A stretch of 64,000 bases of DNA from Camelus dromedarius (Eukaryota). Below the pieces are notes generated by a model. The model did not search any database, was not told where the DNA came from, and was given only the letters and a program-made list of their open reading frames with translations. Below, piece by piece: positions 38,416 through 52,479 of the stretch (positions are counted from its first letter, which is position 1; each line of letters opens with the position of its first letter). The DNA is taken from NCBI RefSeq assembly GCF_036321535.1, contig NC_087438.1, forward strand, positions 8,620,001 to 8,684,000. The letters run 5' to 3'. The position numbers and the translations under genes are program-made.

Positions 38416-41400
38416 TTAAAACAACACAAAAAACTCCATAATTTTGTAAAGAAATTCTGGTTATATGATGACAGATGGTATAGGAATACTGGTTTGTGTT
38501 CCACTGTCTAAACTGGACCAAATATTTATCATGTACTCACCTACACAATGGGTGACCACTATTGTCAATGCAGAGCATCAGGAAAGGACAGGTTGCCCCA
38601 AATCTGAAACAGGCAATGCACCTGGAGTGGAAATGTCACTGTCAGCATGGAAGAAAAGATGAGAAAATATACTTAGTGTGGAGGTGGGGATGAGGAATGT
38701 GTAGGCATGGAGGAATTGTAAAAGCAAAGGTACGTGTACTTATGCTTTAGTTGCTGACAATTGGCAACCTGAACATTAGGGATGGTATTCTCTATTATGA
38801 ATACATACAAGTTTTATTTCCTGACATGCTGAACTCACATAATTGGATAATACAGTCATAAATTTCTCTTCAGATTCATCAGCACAAAATTAATAAGCAT
38901 GGCTACACGGTGCCTTGTATATATTCCCTACGTCTTTCTTCCTGAAAATGCTGAGGGGAGTTTTTTTTCTTTTTTTCTTTTTTCTTTAAAAATTTGTATT
39001 GTGTAGTGAAATGTAGAATTAAATGTCTAACTTGAGATTGGATTTAATAAAAAAAAAAGAGTAGCAGTGTTTCAGATAGACTCAAATGTGTGTTAAAATT
39101 TTTTATTTTATTCGCTTGTGTATAGCTGTATCTTATGAAACCTGACTTTTTAAAAATTAAACTCAGATTCCAAACTACGAAACTATACACAGCAAATTTT
39201 CTTTCTCCGCTCCTTTGCTTCTATTACTCCCCAGGGTGATCTTTTTCTCTTCCCCAGTAAGCCAACTTCCATTGCTGGCCAAAATATGATCCATCAAAAC
39301 TTACCGTCTTTCTGTGTTACTGCTTAGCTTCATTGCTCTGTTCATTTTCACAAGCTCCTGCCAAACCTGCCCCTTTTTATATTTTTTATACTTTTTTCTC
39401 CAGAGGCTACTTTCTCTCTTTCTTATATCTTGCACTGAGTTTTTATTTTGGGAAAAAAAAAAAAAAAGCACATTCTGTCATTTTACCCATCAGGAGGAAG
39501 ATGGAACTTTAATGTATATTTTAAAGTGTTGCCAATTCACTTTACTAATCTCTGAAAACCATCCACTCATTGTCACCTGGACAGTGAGATCCCTGACATG
39601 CTTTTTCTGATAACAGTCAGTATTTGATGGTTTAATTAGATTGTGGCTATCTCATGAGACCCTTTGTTAGCTTCAGAAGTTTAGACTTAGAAGTACACCG
39701 TTAGAGTTGGGCGCCATTTTGTATTTCCTTCTCTAATGTCTGTGTGATGACTGCTTTCCCTGTCGTCTTATTTTCTTATAATGTTGGTACTCGCCCCAGG
39801 GTTTCATATGGGATCTATGCAACCTTAATACTCATTGGGTCTGAAAGTTTTAGCTATAGGGATGATCCAAACTATTCGGTGCAACATATCTGGAAAGACC
39901 TTGATTCTTGTAGTGAAGGTCATTAAATGCTAGGAGATGACAAGAAGTTTGGAGAGAAATTTCCATCATGACAGACAGATATTGTGGAGGCAAGCAGATT
40001 GATTCTCTCTCTCATAACTCTGTTCCAAATGACACTGCATCTCTCACCCAAGAATAATGATTTCTAGGTGTTTATGGCTTGAAAAGGAGGATAAGTTGAT
40101 GATGATTGTAGATGTATTTAATTACATGCACTGATTAGATAAGTTTGGGGCCTCCAAATGAGCAAAATAACATCTTTAAGTTACTGTCAGGCCATTGATC
40201 TGAAGTCTTCCATTTTGCAGATAATTCAGAACTCTCCCGACTGTAACTTTGGAAAGAGGGATCCTGGAAAGACTAACAGGTAATTATGTTTTGCCAGGTG
40301 TGCTTTGGAATGTAACAATTTTAATTCTTATGATTGATTGAAGCTATGGCTTAATGCAGAATGATTGATTTTCATGTTTATTTCCCTCATTCCTTCTTTT
40401 TCTACAGACCAAGCAGCGGGACCCACACCTGACCACACTGCTGATTTAAACTGGAGCGAGAAGTGAGAGCTTTGCCCTGAAGGAACCTGCTCATATTGCA
40501 TATTATCTTGACAGTTAAGTGTTAATACAAGGCCATATTATGAAAGGCAACTGAAAAATGACACATGACAAGCTTCCTAGTGCAGCTGTAGCGGTATTTA
40601 CACAAGAAAGGAAAATCAAAGTGATGTGTATGTCAGTTTTTAAGAACACAGTGATTCTTATGGAAAAAATAATATGAAAAGTTAAGACTTAAAAAGAAAA
40701 CTCTACAGTAAAGATATAAATAAATGGTTCTGTTTTGGGACAAACTGAAGAGGATTCCCAGTTTAGTGAAATTAGGAGTTGATGGATGCTGTGTGATTAA
40801 AGTTCCACTATGGGTAATAATTTAGAAATAAAGCATGATTTCCACTACTTTATAAACTCTAATCATCATGGGATACCTTGACTCATAATGTACATCAAAG
40901 TATGGAAAAGTAGAAAGTATTTTAAGGGGAAAATCCTTCTCATTATTAATATGAAGAGGATGGTGACCAATGAATCATTGGAAGAAAAATGATCACTATC
41001 TACGTATTTCATCTGCTGCTTTAAGTAGCAGGACTTCCTCAGGAGAGGAAGGTAAGGCCACGGGCAATTCAGGACACAGGAAAAATAAAATAAGACAATT
41101 TCTCAGATCAGATTTATCAAAGGATGATGTATTCTTGCCTCTGTAGGAAAACATGCGTTTTCTTGTACTTGGTGGGCTGACTTGGGGAATCAGAAGTAAG
41201 GTGGCTGCTAAAAACAAGTATGATGTTCCATGGGACCAATTCTGCATGTCCCTGTGCAGTGAGCAACAAGCAGCCCCAGGAGAAGCTCAGACATGGAAAG
41301 TCACAGCTGCAGGATGGAAGGAGCAGTTGAGGGAATACCTCTATAGAATTTGAGCAAATAGCCAATTTCTAAATCCATAAAGTATGAAAATCAGAGAAAA

Positions 41401-41879
41401 AAGAATTTAGTCCAGGCTCCAGACAATGAGAAACAAATGATGTTTTTTTCTACAGAGAAATTATTTATTTTTAATATGTTTCAGAATATTAATTCACAAG
41501 AGGGGGGTTCTCAAAATGATAACAATGACCTGATATCATGTCACAAGTAATTTGTTATTAATAATATATGAAGCCATAATATTAACAAGTAATATTTTAA
41601 TAAATCAGTGGAATCAAGAGAGTTCCAAAGTTTTGGTGATATTTGTGGAAGGGGCAACACAAATGTGGAGTTTGTGTGTAATTTTGCAAGGTTTGTATCC
41701 ATGGAAGTGTGTAGTATAGGTTGACATTGCATGTCATGTGTCCTACAGAAGCTAAGTGAACAAGTTTACAAATTCCTACATTCGGGGAGTGGGAATAATA
41801 GCATATTAAAATTATGCACCAGTGAGGTTTTGAGAGTTAAGAAGACAGGAACCTGTGTGAGAATAGAGATGAATGTATC

Positions 41880-42238
41880 TAAGGGAAATACAGGTGTTGG
41901 TATTTCTGAACGGTGCGTGTGAGGAGGAAGAGACATGGCTGTGCATTTAAAGGGAAGAAGAAATTGCCTGCTCCTTTCCTCCTTTGTCCCCTCCTGTGTG
42001 CTGAAGTGACATGGCATTGGTCAACCTTGAATCATGGGGATGACTCTAAAGACTGCCAAACACTTTTCTGGGTCAGAAGAGACCAGGATCCTTTGATGAC
42101 CTGATAAAGCAGAACTGCTGTGTCACACTGGACCTCAAGATTAAAGTCTGAGACAGGTACATACGGTTCTACCTAGTTTAAACAATTGCTAATTTGGGTT
42201 CTTGTTATAGTAGCATCTGAACTTATGTCTTAACTAAT
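41880..42238 (+). mobile_element. Old MLT1-type LTR fragment
   Basis: gatcctttgatgacctg...ttgttatagtagcatctgaact...taactaat resembles older MLT1 3' ends. Confidence 0.5.
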
Positions 42239-42769
42239 GTGGCATTTATCTTTTAAACAATTCCAAGATTCTGTCTTTTTCTAAATTTATAGCTTTCCTG
42301 AGGACCCAGGTTATAGAGAGAAGGCTTTTATCCAGCTGTTGGCAGCTTTATTGTTCTCTTATCGCTAGCTGACATCATGCAAGAAGGTAAAAAAAAAAAA
42401 AAAAAAAAGGCCAGGGAAAGACCAAAATCCTTCAAAAATTCAACTCCCTCATCCAGCTACTCTTTGGTAGCCCTGTTTTTTATCACCATGGAAATTCCAG
42501 TGAAAATAAATGGAATATTATTGAAGACACTTGAAGATGGATGTGGCAAATGTAAATCTGAGCCAACATGAGCATGAAAGGAGGGCTCAGTGGATAGGCA
42601 TACAGGAAGTAGGAGGTCCACATTGTAGGTGGACTGCAAATCTCTGGGATGGGCTGAGCTTTCTAAGCAGATACCAAGGAGAGAAGAACACATGGAGGAG
42701 TGAGCCCTTCAGACTGTGCTGAATTTTTAGACAGAAGAAAAAAGAAAAGTAAATCCAGAAGTAAGAGGT

Positions 42770-43189
42770 TGTTAAAAATTCAGTAAAAATTAAAACGAGG
42801 CCAGTAAAATAGTATTTAGTAAGAGTTTATTGTGCATGAAAGAACAGCTCAAGAACTGGGAGTTTTCAGATTCAAAACTGAGATGAAGCTCAGGGCATGA
42901 CATTACAGGATGGCTTATAAAGTGAAAGTAAGGAAGTTGCTGAAACTTTATTATGATCTGATGACAGGAACTTCCAGATAGCAGGGGATTAGTTAAAAGT
43001 AATTATACCATTTTAGGAAGATGACGTAAGTTCTGTTGTGGTTATCAGAGGCATGTACAATAAACAACCTATGTTAAGTTTTGCTTGTGTTCATGAAATA
43101 AGTTAGATACAGTTTTGCTCACGTGGCTTAAATGGTTTTGTCTGCTTGGGGATCTTCAAACCTGGTCTATATTTTGTTTTATTTTAACA
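42770..43189 (-). mobile_element. ERV1-type solo LTR (420 bp)
   Basis: Inverted termini TGTTAAAA...TTTTAACA and a perfect 4-bp TSD AGGT (42766-42769, 43190-43193). AATAAA on minus near 42826. Confidence 0.88.
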
Positions 43190-43619
43190 AGGTATATTAG
43201 TGTGTTCTGGTATCACACAATAAGGGAAAAAATTGAAGAATGAGTAGCACAGAAAGAAAGGAGAAAGAAATGAATAAAAAGACTATAAAGCTAGTAAAAC
43301 ACAATGACTTTATGAAAAGGATCGGCTTGTGTGAAATTAATCATGTTCAGCGATGTGTGCACCTAGTGTCCAGATCTTGGTTTCTAAAGACCCTTTTCTA
43401 ATACAAGAGGGAAGAGCTTCTTGGAGAGACAGGGATGAGGGAAGGAAAATATAATTTAGAGTGTCTTGTGGTACCAGAAAGTAAGAATGTGCTTTCAAAA
43501 AAGGGGGGGAGGGGAGTGAGAAAGGAGACAATAAAGATGGGCATGTCCAAAGAACATAAGAAAATGCCTGGAAGGAAAAACCAAGGGCTAAGCCTGGAAG
43601 CAAAATAATGATAGTATTT

Positions 43620-43935
43620 GGATTTTAGCCCTCAAAATAAAATAAATATTCCTGAGTGTATTATGATATAAATTAATGATTGAATGAATAAATAAGGAAA
43701 TAAATAGTAGAAAAGGAATAGCTCTTCCTCACCAGAGAATCCATTCAATAAATGTAGAAAGAATAAGGGAAACAGAATATCATGAGAATATCACGATAGT
43801 TGTGGCAGGGAGGACCTCCTGATGAATGCGAAGATTACTAGGCTAAATTTTAGTGAGAAACAGAATGTTTGTATAGACTCAGAGGAGCTTCCACAAAATA
43901 TTTATTCATTATTGTGATGGTTTTAATATATGTCA
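43620..43935 (+). mobile_element. L1MC/MD-like 3'UTR fragment
   Basis: ccctcaaaataaaataaatattcctgag...gattgaatgaataaataa...caataaatgtagaa motif; from memory. Confidence 0.55.
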
Positions 43936-44039
43936 CTTTTTTCCTACATCAAATATTCTATTAGTAGTGAAAATTACTTTAGTAATCAAGCAAAATTAAG
44001 ATAATTCTATCTTTAAATTCACTATGAATAATAGTTTAA

Positions 44040-44188
44040 AAGCATATAACAAATGGAAAAAATGTGAAAACGGGTATATGTGTGTATATGCAGGACTGGG
44101 ACGTTGTGCTGTACACCAGCAATTGACACATTGTAACTCACTGTACTTTAAGAAAATAAATTAAAAAATTTTAAGCAAGGATATAACA
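44040..44188 (+). mobile_element. Young L1 3' end with TSD
   Basis: gtatatgtgtgtatatgca.gactgggac.ttgtgctgtacaccag.aattgacacattgtaact plus an A-rich tail; flanking aag(c/g)atataaca repeats. Confidence 0.85.
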
Positions 44189-45541
44189 GATTTTCCTATG
44201 CAACTCTGTATGTCCAACTGATTATTTTTAGTCTATCATTCCCAAACAAAATCACTGTGGAAAAATCTATCTTATGTCTGTGACAGAGCAAGGGGAGATT
44301 TCACATTTCAAGTAAAAATCATATCATGTTGGAATAACTCAATAAATTAGTTCATTTCTTTAGCTACACCAAAGCAGACCTCTTTTTTTATTTTTACATT
44401 GAAAAATACTCATAGTGTGCTTTCTTTAAAAACATCTGTTGGATATATTTTTGAAAGTTAAGTGGCTTCAGTCAGTTATATATATGCCACTTACTTTATT
44501 CTTTTCAAGGATATTAGATGACTCAGAAGAAAATCTACTGACTCACATGTGAGCTGGGTATAAAAAGCTCAGCGCTTTAACAAATACTGAATAGAAAGTT
44601 ATGTGGTTAAATGTAATGAGTGCTTATGAATTTCTATTGCTTGGTCACATGCTCTTTTCAATATAAGAATAAAAGATGCATAACTAATTTTGTAATAAGA
44701 AAAAACATTTTATTCCATATAACTAGAGTGCTTTTTGCTGAAGAGTTGTATGTAGGCACACATATCATTTAGCACATTGAATACAAACTGTCCAATTTTA
44801 CACACTTCATTTATAGATCTGAGAAACGATAGATATTTAAGATGTTGTAAAATAGATTAAAGTGATGCACTAGAATCATGATATTTTAAAAAAGTGGCCA
44901 AAGAAACTTAGGGCTCGTTTAGTTTACTTAAAAATTGTAAACTGTACTAATGAGGGTATCTGAGCCTGCAAGAAAAAAGGAGATGAAATGGAAGAGATGT
45001 TTAAAGTCGTGTCGAGAGTTTATATGTGTAAAATACGTGGCCTTCTAGCCTTTGTCTCTTTTCATCACACTCTTCAGTCATTCCTAACGTACTAATTATT
45101 CCCAATAGTATATATTTTTTAAAGGGTGTGTGTTCCAATGTCAGTTTATAACACACTGGGGCTGACTCTCCATGAAAGTATATGATCTACTCTTAGTGAA
45201 AGTACTTGGCTAGATACCAATCTGAAATAACAGAACAAGGTCTACATATCTATAATATTCAAGCTATGCTACTTTAAAAATACATAAAGTGGACATAAGT
45301 GTGTAAACACATGTGTGATAAAATATTTCACTACTGCTTTTACATCCATTATTAAAATACCAACAGCTATTTAGCTTTATTAATAAATACTATTTATACA
45401 TTTTCAAATAATAAAAAATAAAATTTTATTTTTTTTCTCTTTATATTAGCAAGACATAAAACCAATCACACCACTGGAAAAATAAATATACACAGGTTTG
45501 GTGTCAGATGGTAGAAAAGCTTCTATGAACTTGCTATAATT

Positions 45542-45614
45542 GAATTTTATTTTTATTTTGGAGGTAGGTAATTAAGTTTATTTATTTTTAGTGGAGGTCC
45601 TGGGAGAATTTTAT
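45542..45614 (-). mobile_element. 5'-truncated camelid Vic-1-type SINE
   Basis: ggtaattaagtttatttatttttagtggaggtcctggg is the reverse SINE tail; 9-bp TSD GAATTTTAT at 45542 and 45606. Confidence 0.7.
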
Positions 45615-47117
45615 AATAGGTTATGCAAGGCTGCAACCACCACCCACTTCACTGACTGTAAGTGAACCTCAGTAAAGAGTGATGTTTTTCTTTTCTACTG
45701 TTGTGACACCATTGCTTACAAGTAACTTCAAATATATTTGCCAGTTACAGTGCTTTCTATTCTTCCATCGTCTTTTTGAAGCAATACGCAGTAGACCTTG
45801 TTTGTGAAGTCATTGTCAGAGACGCAAATCCTGGGGGAGTCTTGCTGGGCTTAGGACCCAGCTGCGCTCTGCTTAATTGAATCAGGAACTTACAAATGTA
45901 TGTAGTTAATTGGGGCATGGAAAGAGAGGCATGTCTTTTTGTCTGCAACCTGTGTAAGTAAATCTTGAGCTATGAAAATATTTTTGAACTGCTGGCTTTG
46001 CTCCACCACAAACTCCCCAGCATCTGTGGCCTCATAAGATGGAGGCAAAGAGAACAAGGAGGAGAGACCAGAAGGAAAAGAAAACAGATGAAAGAAAAGG
46101 AACATGTTCAAGAGAAGACTGTTCTTGTTCAGGGGAGGAGCAAAATTTGCCAGAAGTAATTTAGATTTCTCTCCACACCTACTGCCTTGAAGTCATAAAT
46201 TAAAAAGCAAACAAAATAGTAGTTTTGGGTTAGTTTGCTTTTTATGGTTGATTCAAGGTTACCCAGTATTGGATGTTAAACAGATCTGTTCATATGCTCA
46301 TGAATTTAAGGAGAATTTAGACATATTGGAAATATTTACAAAGCTCCTAAATGAATCCAAAATCATTTCCATAAATAATTTTTATGTAAAGTATATAAAT
46401 GGCATTTGGTCCAGGCCAAATTGTGATACTGTTGTCACTTGTCCCCTTGGTCTGGATTCCTGATCTTTGACAAGGATAATTCTGGGAAGGCTGTGGATGG
46501 GAATGATTGACATCAGTAAGCATTCTAGCATCTGTGATTCATTAAAATTTCCAAACAAACAATAGAACATCCTTGTAAGTGTGTTTTTGGGAGAGGTAAG
46601 GGTGAAGTCTTCAGAGAATGACCGGTTTTAGGTATAATTCCCCCCAAATACTTAAGGAGTAAGACATGTGGGTCCTTGAATGTAGAGATTCATTTGCTGG
46701 GTTGCTATGTGCTCCATTATGTTGCTCTTGATTGGTTCTGTAGGGGTTAATTTTGAGGTCAGACATCTGCCGAGCATTGGTTTTCCTGGCATTAACATGC
46801 TCCTTCATGGTATAACTGAGTTGATGCTAAGAAGTTGCCTTGTCAAAAGACTAACCCTTACCTCTTTTTCTATTATTGTTGCTTCATTCCTTTGGGTTGT
46901 CAAGGCTAAACCATCTTCAAAAATCTCCTCATTAAAATACACTCTTGGGAGGTGCTTAACTGTCAACTAAATTGGCAGTTAGCTAACTGGAATACTTAAA
47001 AAAATAGACTGCTAGGCAGAGAAAAGTCTATTAAGAGGAAGGAACAAGATGAAAAAAAAAAAAAAAAAGAAAGAACAAAGAGCATCCTTGCTTGCTTCGG
47101 TTTTCTGAAGTAGCAGT

Positions 47118-47555
47118 GTATCCGGTGGCTTTCCCCGGAAAGCAGGTTCTGAGATAAAGTACTAGCTGGCAAGAGAGCAAGGGGCTTGTTAAGGAGTGAC
47201 TTCAGCTTCAGCATCCCCGGTGGCAGGGAAAGGAAGCAGAGCTGGGCAGAGGGAGACGTACAGGTGCAAAGGAGACTGGCAGAAGCTTTACCCCCGGCAC
47301 AGGCCCCTTTGGGGCTGCAGCGGCCTGAGGAGTTGTCCACCCTGGATGAAATGATCGAGCCTTTATAGCCCCACCTCATAAGTCTCTGGATACAGATCCG
47401 CCCACAAAGGCCAAAACCTTGGGATGGGCAGCCCTGCCGCTGAGGCAGTCCTTGGGGCGTCTCTCAGCTTTGCCAAATCAGTGTCCTTCCTTGTTGGGAA
47501 GTCTGGATGGCACCTCAGCATGTCCTACCACAAGCACAGAAGTTACTTTCCTTGT
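47118..47555 (-). mobile_element. Old ERVL-type LTR (LTR16/33-like)
   Basis: Minus strand ends ttatctcagaacctgctttccggggaaagcc...gataca; GC-rich island in AT-rich DNA. Confidence 0.55.
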
Positions 47556-47610
47556 GTCCTGATAAGTTTCAAAATCTTGAAAACACAGTAAATATTCAAA
47601 AATTATTGCA

Positions 47611-47698
47611 GGGGTCGGGGGGATCGCTCAGTGGTGGAGCTTGTGCTTGCCATGCACGAGGTCCTGGGTTCAAGTACCTCTGTTAAGGGAAAAAAAAG
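47611..47698 (+). mobile_element. tRNA(Ala)-derived camelid SINE (Vic-1-type)
   Basis: gggggatcgctcagtggtggagc...tgc..gcacgaggtcctgggttcaa (Pol III A/B boxes), A tail, and imperfect TSD aaaaattattgca / aaaagtatggca. Confidence 0.85.
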
Positions 47699-49364
47699 TA
47701 TGGCAAAATGGTTGATTGCTGAAGGAAATGAGGTATAAATGAATGTTCTTGGAAGACTGGGTCAGGGATCCAGAGAGAAATCCAAGGTGGCCAGCTACAC
47801 TGGGAACTTTCCACGCCCGGAAGGCACAACGGTAACACCTCACTGTGAGACGGGAAGGAGGCCACGAATGTAGTTATTCTGTGCAACTGGGCTATTTCTT
47901 CTCAAACATTAGTGGATTTTGTGTTATCGTCCAGTTTCCAAGTGGCTCATGTTCAATAAGAGTCTATTTCCTTTGACCCTGAATCTTGAATCCTGTTCCC
48001 CAGGAAGAAGCACAGTTAAATCCACTCACTGTTTACGTGCATCTGTTCTGACAGCAGTTACAGTGGACAATACAGATTCAATTCTGTTTTCAAATACATG
48101 TCTTTCACCATTTTCACCTGCATTTTTCAGTCTTTTTCTTACGATGAAAAAGCTAGTGTTTGTTTCTGATCTGATGAATCATTGTTCCTTCAAGAAAAAT
48201 ATTCTTTTAAAAAATATACTTTTTCTTAGTGCTACATTTGCATCTAGAGGAAAAAAATCCTCATTTTAGGTCTCCTGGTTAAATAATAGGGGTGTGTGTC
48301 TGTGTGTATGTGCGCATGTGCATACATCTTATTTTTTAATAACTTGCTGAGTATGGCTTTTAAACTTTAATCAATGGAATTAAAAAAGTGGAAGTTACTG
48401 CTTCAGGGTTTGCTTATCCACTCATTTCTTCATGAGCTGCTCAGAACTTTGACATCATAGTCAATAAATATTGCTACAAAGGAATAATACAAATGTACAT
48501 CTAATTTTGTTTCAGAAAGTGTCACCATATAAGCATGTTGCCTTATCTCGTATCCGAAGGTATTCTATATTTAATCATTTTATTCATATTCCTGGAAAGC
48601 AGTACTGCTAAAAACGTTTTTGGCAGGAAATCACGGAGTCAAAATTTTCGTAGAACGGTATTGCATCATTTACTTTACGAACTTTGCATTCCAAAGTTCA
48701 GGATCATTTTGGATTTCTTTGAAGATCATACAAACACTTCTACTATTTCTAAGTACCTTTTAAGTTAATAAATATATTACAATATCCATTTAAGTTGCAA
48801 AATTGGGTGATGAACTGAAGTACTTTGCCAACATCAGTTTTCCTCTTGCCATCTCTTCCTCTCTCGTTTCTCATTTCAGGAGTCTAACCGAGATGCTATT
48901 GCTAATTAATAACATGCAGTCCGTGTTCCCTCGTGACCTGCTGCTTCTACTTTCTTCCCTGCCCCCAAGATAAACACATATTTTCATGGATATTTAAATT
49001 ACAAAATGGAACTAAAAAGAAACAAGACGTGTTTTGTTTTGTTTTGGCAATTCCAGAATCACATCTCTTGGAACCTAGAGAGACTTCCTTCATGGGTTTA
49101 ATATAATAAATAATGACTTATGATAAGTAGGTAGTAGTCTGGGTCTAATTAGACCCAGAAGATGCACTGTTTACTGGCAATAGAGAGGGTATCACTATTC
49201 TTTTGGTTTTTTTCCTTCCTTCCTCTCTCTCTCTATTTTGTTTTGATCTTGGCAAGTTGACTAATGTTTGGGGAACGTTGTGCAAAGTATACAGGTGAGA
49301 AGAGGGTTTCGCTGTAGGAAATACATGACAATTGTGGAATACTACACTGAAGAATGTCCAGATC

Positions 49365-49475
49365 CCCAAAAGATACTGTTGAAAGGAAGAGTCTGATTTA
49401 GTGATTTTGGAGTAGGGCTGGCGGGTCTGCATTTCCACTAAGTCCCCAGATGACACAGGTGCTTTGAGGAGCAAG
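49365..49475 (+). mobile_element. MER5A-like hAT MITE
   Basis: ctgatttagtgattttggagtaggg...tctgcatttc.actaagtccccagatga...ctttgag. Orientation uncertain. Confidence 0.65.
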
Positions 49476-49516
49476 GCCACAGAAAATGGGGAGTGGGACC
49501 AGGTATCCTCTAAGAG

Positions 49517-49930
49517 AGGGGTTCTTGGTTATTAAAAAAATGAATCATGGGCTCCTCTGACAGGTTAATGAAGCCTATGGACCTTTCTCAAAATAATGTA
49601 ATAAAATTCATAAAGTAAATAAAGTTAGAAAAGGAGCAATTATAAACACTAGTTTCAAGCTATTTTAAAACAGCTTGCTATACAGTAATATATGTGCCTC
49701 GTTATTAACACATTAAATACCAAGGCCTGACATTGGATCTGATAACTTCTATAAATTCGAAATATTTTGAAATGTTTGAAGTCCATAGCAGGGTTAGGCA
49801 GTATTTGTGATTGCTATTTGTGACAATCATGAGTACTGCTGAGGCCACTGAGGTTTATTGCCCACTTACATAATTGAAGGAAAAGGCATATTTTACTTAG
49901 TGCTTAGTGAAAATTAATATGTTAATTTCT
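49517..49930 (+). mobile_element. hAT-Charlie element (MER119-like)
   Basis: aggggttctt...atgaagcctatggacctttctcaaaataatg; subfamily from memory. Confidence 0.7.
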
Positions 49931-50949
49931 TCTAAGCAGGCGATCCAAGTTCCTTCCCTGCAGTGAAATTTCACGACTTGTAACCAACACAAACATCTGA
50001 TTCTCTTTATATAATAATTTACAAATTACTAAATACAGAAGGCAAAGCTCAACCTACTTACCGTCTCATCAACGGCTCTTCACTCCTGCTGTTCTATCTT
50101 TTCATAATTCATTTCTGTAAATTTTTATTGAATACATGACTATGACTTTTTAAATGTAAGTGTCACACGTGGGATATGAAGGCATTAGAACACACGTGGC
50201 ATTTAAAAATGTTTAGAGGAGAGTCATGCTAAAAAGAACTACTTATAAAACACTAGTCATCTGTTTTCATAAGTTTTAATTGCTGGAAGGTCTATGACTA
50301 ATCACAGTAAAATCGATACTAATAAAATTGACTGCCAATCTATAGCTCACCTTCACACATGATCTCATTTGATTTTCTAAACCGCACTGGGGAGGAGAAA
50401 GGGCAGGATCACGGCTCTTACCTCACAAATGAGAAAATTCAAATTTGCATATTTGATAATTAATTCACATGTGTAGTTGTGAAGTCAGGGTTCAAATCCA
50501 GGACATTTTTATACATCTAATTAGCAACTATTCCTTGCTAGCCCCAGCAAAAAAAGACAAACACATGCAAAAGGGCTCGTGGTCTTAGTGGACCCCGTCC
50601 TGGTGGAGCAGAGACAGAGACGGGATCGTTACTGCACGTGTTGATGTATTTACTAGGTGCCGGGCCCTCAGCCAGCCTGCTGGAGCAGGTGGGGGGATCA
50701 GACACAGTGGCTCTAAATCATCCAGAACAGGGGCGGGCTTGAGTTTTGGGAATTAACTTTATAGTTAATTTAAGAAAATCGTTCTATGCAGGCTTCACTG
50801 GGTCTGTACCATCTTTCAAACTCCTTGTGTTAATCTTCTTCATCCTCAGAATAAACAGCTCTTCAGCACCAGCTGAGCAAAATGTCTTCTTAGCATAAGA
50901 ATCAACCTGAGCATTTGGGATCCCAAATCACTCCTCGTCTTATGCAAAG

Positions 50950-51110
50950 AATGGAGCGAGCTGAGAAATTAGCTTTCTACTTATTTGGGCTTTCTTTAAT
51001 GTCATTCAATAAAATTTTATCTTCTCGACAAAGTTCTTCGGCACCTTTTATTAAGTTTACCCCTAGTGTCCTTTCTTTGTTATTATTAAGTAAATACCGT
51101 AGCTTCTTTT
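50950..51110 (-). mobile_element. Old L1 ORF2 fragment (end of RT domain)
   Basis: RTLGVNLIKGAEELCREDKILLNDIKESPNK resembles L1 ORF2p KYLGINLTK.V.DLY.ENYK.L.KEIKED.NKW. Confidence 0.7.
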
Positions 51111-52479
51111 TAATCAGTAGGGAAATTTCTTTGTTTCTATTTTTCTGGAAGATTTTTAAAAAATGTTTCATTTTGTTTTGTTTGTCATTATAAAAGAATT
51201 TCTGCTCAGCAACTTCGGGTGTGAAAAAATAATGGAGGAGGATTTAAAATTCTGAACAGAAGAAAGTATGACTACCAAAGTATTCTATCCAGCCAAGACA
51301 AAGTAAAGATGGAAATTTTTATCTTTTTCAAGGCAAGGTGTTAGTCAGACATAATGTATGCATTAAGCAGATGTTTTGAAACATGAGACAGACTATCAAT
51401 GGGCTCTCCATGGCACCACAAAGAGCCCCCCTCCAAAGCAATGTTAACCACAATAACAAAAAATTCTATTGATTGTAACATCCACCAGTTAGAAGTTATT
51501 TTTTAAAAAATTTAGAGTCAATAAAACATGGTGGGAGAGCACTAAATTTATTTAAATACGCAAATTAAACAACTATGAAAATTATGGCTTCAGGAGAGAA
51601 TTTAAATGTAGTAAACTTTGACAGTGATATCATTGTATACAGCTGTATGTCTCATGATTTTTACACAATGCACACACATGTTTAAAACAACTTAATTATT
51701 TCTAGGCATATTGATAAGTCATTCCAAAGACAATTCCAATGTATTTAATCCTCTATTTGTTTAGCTCCAACTATACTGCTAGCCTGGGTTGAGTTTTATT
51801 TAGAACTTAAAAGGACAAAGTGAAAATCTGTTTTAAACCTACATCTTACGGTAGCTAAAAAAATAGGCAATGAACAAATCATCCTTGTGTAAAACAGCTT
51901 AATAAATCAAAGTGAACAGAATCTGCCCAAAATAATAAACAAAAACTAGAAGTGTGCATGATTATAAAGGATGACTGGGCTACAATTAGCATTTTACAGT
52001 CACCATTGAAAAATCCTCTCCTTTTTCTTTCTGTTGAAATGTATACTGTAATTATTTTTCATCAATGTGTTAGGCTTATCAGTAGTCTGGATGTGAAATA
52101 ACATGAGAGGAAAATGAAATGATATTTCTTTAAAATGGGTAATATCATCATTTTATAATTTAAAGTTTGGACATCATTTAAAAGTTCAAATTTCTTTCAC
52201 TTGACTTTGGTTCATTCATCTGCAAAAATAGACAATTTATCTCAGTTCAATGAATGCTAATTCTAAAATGGACAATTTAAGAAATGAAAAGATAAGGAAG
52301 CCCCACTCTGGGTCTAAAATTTCAGCAGTGATAATACACTTTTTATTCTACTTTATAAGAAATTGGTATGTCTTCAAATTGCCCCTGAAAAATTTATGCT
52401 ACATCTTGGAATTTTTTATTTATTCCTAAAAAAGATTTTAAATTGACAGTAACCCTGATGCCACAAGTATATTTTACTA

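Noticed and set aside
47611..47675. tRNA-Ala-like gene
   Set aside because: It lacks the 3' acceptor stem and has an A tail and TSD, so it is a SINE.
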